DNA of 64,000 nucleotides from Escherichia coli (GTDB lineage Bacteria; Pseudomonadota; Gammaproteobacteria; Enterobacterales; Enterobacteriaceae): NCBI RefSeq assembly GCF_003019035.1, contig NZ_CP027447.1; one strand, 5' to 3'. Shown piece by piece: positions 61,226 to 64,000 of this stretch (position 1 is its first letter; each line of letters starts with the position of its first letter). The notes under the pieces were generated by a model. It saw only the letters and a program-made list of their open reading frames with translations, ran no database searches and was not told where the DNA came from. The position numbers and the translations under genes were made by a program.

Positions 61226-62398
61226 TCAGGCCTTATGGTGGAAATAATCACTCAGGCGGGAAAACATGCTGCCTTCCCCGACAGATTCCAGGGTAACCAG
61301 CGGCCAGTGCGCCACCTGTTTATCACGGTCATAAAGTTCAATTTCCCCTACCCGCTGATGGGCGCTAATTGGCGCGGTGAGTTCTTTACCATCAAGGGTA
61401 TATTTGGCTTTGATATGTGGAATTTCGGCTTTCGGTAGCACCATCCAGAACTCTTGTTCCGTTCCCAGGGCGATATTTTCTTTATCGCCATACCAGATGC
61501 GTTCCGTTCCGACCTTTTTCCCACGGTGCAAAATTTGCACCGTAGTAAAGTTTTGTTGCCCCCAACGCAGTAATTTTCTTGCCTCTTCCTCACGACCTTT
61601 TGCACTGTCAGCCCCCATTACCACTGCAATGAGACGACGCTGCCCATCGACAGCCGAAGCAATGAGATTAAACCCGGCACCAGAAGTATGACCCGTTTTC
61701 AGGCCGTCAACATTCATGGTTTTATCCCACAATAACCCGTTACGGTTTTGCTGGGTGATACCGTTCCAGGTGAGGCTTTTCTCACTGTACATATGATAAA
61801 ACTCGGGCTCGCCGTGGATGATAGCGCGAGAAAGCACAGCTAAATCATAAGCCGAGCTATGCTGGCCAGGTGCATCCAGACCATGCACTGTTTCAAAATG
61901 CGTATCCTTGAGATGCAGCTTCTCGGCATAGTTGTTCATCATTTCAACAAACTGCCGTTGCCCACCGGCAATATAGTCAGCCAGTGCAACACAAGCGTCA
62001 TTTCCGGAATCCACAATTAAACCACGGCTTAAATCACGTACCGATACGCGATCGCCCTCTTTCAAAAACATCAGTGAAGAACCGACAAACACCGGATTAT
62101 CTTTCGCCCACGCATCACGCCCCACGGTGACAATATCGTCTGGCGTAATGCGATGACTATCGATAGCGCGATCCACAACATAGCCCGTCATCAGCTTTGT
62201 CAGGCTGGCGGGATTGCGCTGTTGATGCTCATTACCCGCGGTGAGAATCTGACCGGTGGTGTAATCCATCAATACCCAGGACCCGGCATGAATCTCTGGA
62301 GGCTGAGGTGAAAAAGGAATGTTTTCCGCCGCAAAACCAGACGATAAATTAAAAACGAACAAAGAAGCAGCAATAATAAGACGGCGTTTCAACAGCAA
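61226..62398 (-). CDS. dacD: D-alanyl-D-alanine carboxypeptidase (PBP6b)
   Basis: ~390 aa with signal peptide; SxxK (ASLTK), SGN, KTG motifs. Confidence 0.85.
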   Translation of the reverse strand: MLLKRRLIIAASLFVFNLSSGFAAENIPFSPQPPEIHAGSWVLMDYTTGQILTAGNEHQQRNPASLTKLMTGYVVDRAIDSHRITPDDIVTVGRDAWAKDNPVFVGSSLMFLKEGDRVSVRDLSRGLIVDSGNDACVALADYIAGGQRQFVEMMNNYAEKLHLKDTHFETVHGLDAPGQHSSAYDLAVLSRAIIHGEPEFYHMYSEKSLTWNGITQQNRNGLLWDKTMNVDGLKTGHTSGAGFNLIASAVDGQRRLIAVVMGADSAKGREEEARKLLRWGQQNFTTVQILHRGKKVGTERIWYGDKENIALGTEQEFWMVLPKAEIPHIKAKYTLDGKELTAPISAHQRVGEIELYDRDKQVAHWPLVTLESVGEGSMFSRLSDYFHHKA

Positions 62399-62600
62399 AC
62401 CCTCAGGTGTTTCAAATAGCTGTTCTTTTTACGGAAATACTTATGAACTGGCTGGAATAAAGTGCAAGAAAATGTGACTACTACCTCATTTTTATCTGAC
62501 ATGATCTGTTGCCACTCGCTGCCAAATTGTCGCGCTAAAGCTGATTAGCACGGTGATATTTGATACTCTGGCAGACAGCAGAAATAACGGATTTAACCTA

Positions 62601-64000
62601 ATGATGAATGACGGTAAGCAACAATCTACCTTTTTGTTTCACGATTACGAAACCTTTGGAACGCACCCCGCGTTAGATCGCCCTGCACAGTTCGCAGCCA
62701 TTCGCACTGATAACGAATTCAATGTCATCGGCGAACCCGAAGTCTTTTACTGCAAGCCCGCGGATGACTATTTACCCCAGCCTGGAGCAGTATTAATTAC
62801 CGGTATTACCCCGCAGGAAGCACGGGCGAAAGGAGAAAACGAAGCCGCGTTTGCCGCCCGTATTCACTCGCTTTTTACCGTACCGAAGACCTGTATTCTG
62901 GGCTACAACAATGTGCGTTTCGACGATGAAGTCACACGCAACGTTTTTTATCGTAATTTCTACGATCCTTACGCCTGGAGCTGGCAGCATGATAACTCGC
63001 GCTGGGATTTACTGGATGTTATGCGTGCCTGTTATGCCCTGCGCCCGGAAGGAATAAACTGGCCTGAAAATGATGACGGTCTACCGAGCTTTCGCCTTGA
63101 GCATTTAACCAAAGCGAATGGTATTGAACATAGCAACGCCCACGATGCGATGGCTGATGTGTACGCCACTATTGCGATGGCGAAACTGGTAAAAACGCGT
63201 CAGCCACGCCTGTTTGATTATCTCTTTACCCATCGTAATAAACACAAACTGATGGCGTTGATTGATGTTCCGCAGATGAAACCCCTGGTTCACGTTTCCG
63301 GAATGTTTGGGGCATGGCGTGGCAATACCAGCTGGGTGGCACCGCTGGCGTGGCATCCTGAAAATCGCAATGCCGTAATTATGGTGGATTTGGCAGGAGA
63401 CATTTCGCCATTACTGGAACTGGATAGCGACACATTGCGCGAGCGTTTATATACCGCAAAAGCCGATCTTGGCGATAACGCCGCCGTTCCGGTTAAGCTG
63501 GTGCATATCAATAAATGTCCGGTACTGGCCCAGGCGAATACGCTACGCCCGGAAGATGCCGACCGACTGGGAATTAATCGTCAGCATTGCCTCGATAACC
63601 TAAAAATTCTGCGTGAAAATCCGCAAGTGCGTGAAAAAGTGGTGGCGATATTCGCGGAAGCCGAACCGTTTACGCCTTCAGATAACGTGGATGCACAGCT
63701 TTATAATGGCTTTTTCAGTGACGCCGATCGTGCAGCAATGAAAATTGTGCTGGAAACCGAGCCGCGTAATTTACCGGCACTGGATATCACTTTTGTTGAT
63801 AAACGAATTGAAAAACTGTTGTTCAATTATCGAGCGCGCAACTTCCCGGGGACGCTGGATTATGCCGAGCAGCAACGCTGGCTTGAGCACCGCCGCCAGG
63901 TCTTCACGCCAGAGTTTTTGCAGGGCTACGCTGATGAATTGCAGATGCTGGCACAACAGTATGCCGATGACAAAGAGAAAGTGGCGCTGTTAAAAGCGCT
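62601..64000 (+). CDS. sbcB: Exodeoxyribonuclease I, 5' partial (continues beyond window end)
   Basis: Open frame from ATG 62601 (MMNDGKQQSTFLFHDYETFGT...) to window end; not in ORF track because no stop in window. Confidence 0.85.
   Translation, partial: MMNDGKQQSTFLFHDYETFGTHPALDRPAQFAAIRTDNEFNVIGEPEVFYCKPADDYLPQPGAVLITGITPQEARAKGENEAAFAARIHSLFTVPKTCILGYNNVRFDDEVTRNVFYRNFYDPYAWSWQHDNSRWDLLDVMRACYALRPEGINWPENDDGLPSFRLEHLTKANGIEHSNAHDAMADVYATIAMAKLVKTRQPRLFDYLFTHRNKHKLMALIDVPQMKPLVHVSGMFGAWRGNTSWVAPLAWHPENRNAVIMVDLAGDISPLLELDSDTLRERLYTAKADLGDNAAVPVKLVHINKCPVLAQANTLRPEDADRLGINRQHCLDNLKILRENPQVREKVVAIFAEAEPFTPSDNVDAQLYNGFFSDADRAAMKIVLETEPRNLPALDITFVDKRIEKLLFNYRARNFPGTLDYAEQQRWLEHRRQVFTPEFLQGYADELQMLAQQYADDKEKVALLKA

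Overview
No database search or alignment was run; every identification below comes from reading the sequence and the supplied ORF translations. The window looks like an Escherichia coli-type chromosomal segment running from serU to sbcB, with several accessory insertions. (1) 1..6731: the integrase-proximal end of a lambdoid prophage at tRNA-Ser, with a RacR/YdaS/YdaT-like regulatory module, small early genes, an 823-aa exonuclease, xis and int. (2) 7894..18608: a ~10.7-kb island inserted at tRNA-Asn (asnT), bounded by a 21-bp direct repeat. It carries a P4-type integrase, a repeat- and palindrome-dense non-coding block, a second tyrosine recombinase, a Ner-like regulator operon, and a PAAR-Rhs toxin whose C-terminal toxin domain is split from the core by an 8-bp tandem duplication, followed by a candidate immunity gene. 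(3) Core genes: yeeJ (giant Ig-repeat adhesin with 609-bp tandem repeats), yeeL (intact), shiA, amn (frameshifted), yeeN, asnW, yeeO, asnU, cbl, nac, asnV, ldtA, cobTSU. (4) A cobalamin-riboswitch-like leader, pocR, pduF and a 19-gene propanediol-utilisation microcompartment operon (pduA to pduV), sitting between cobU and yeeX with no cbi genes and no pduW/pduX. (5) yeeX, yeeA, sbmC, dacD and the 5' part of sbcB. The least explained region, and my best candidate for something undescribed, is the 9.4-10.5 kb block of covarying perfect palindromes inside the asnT island.
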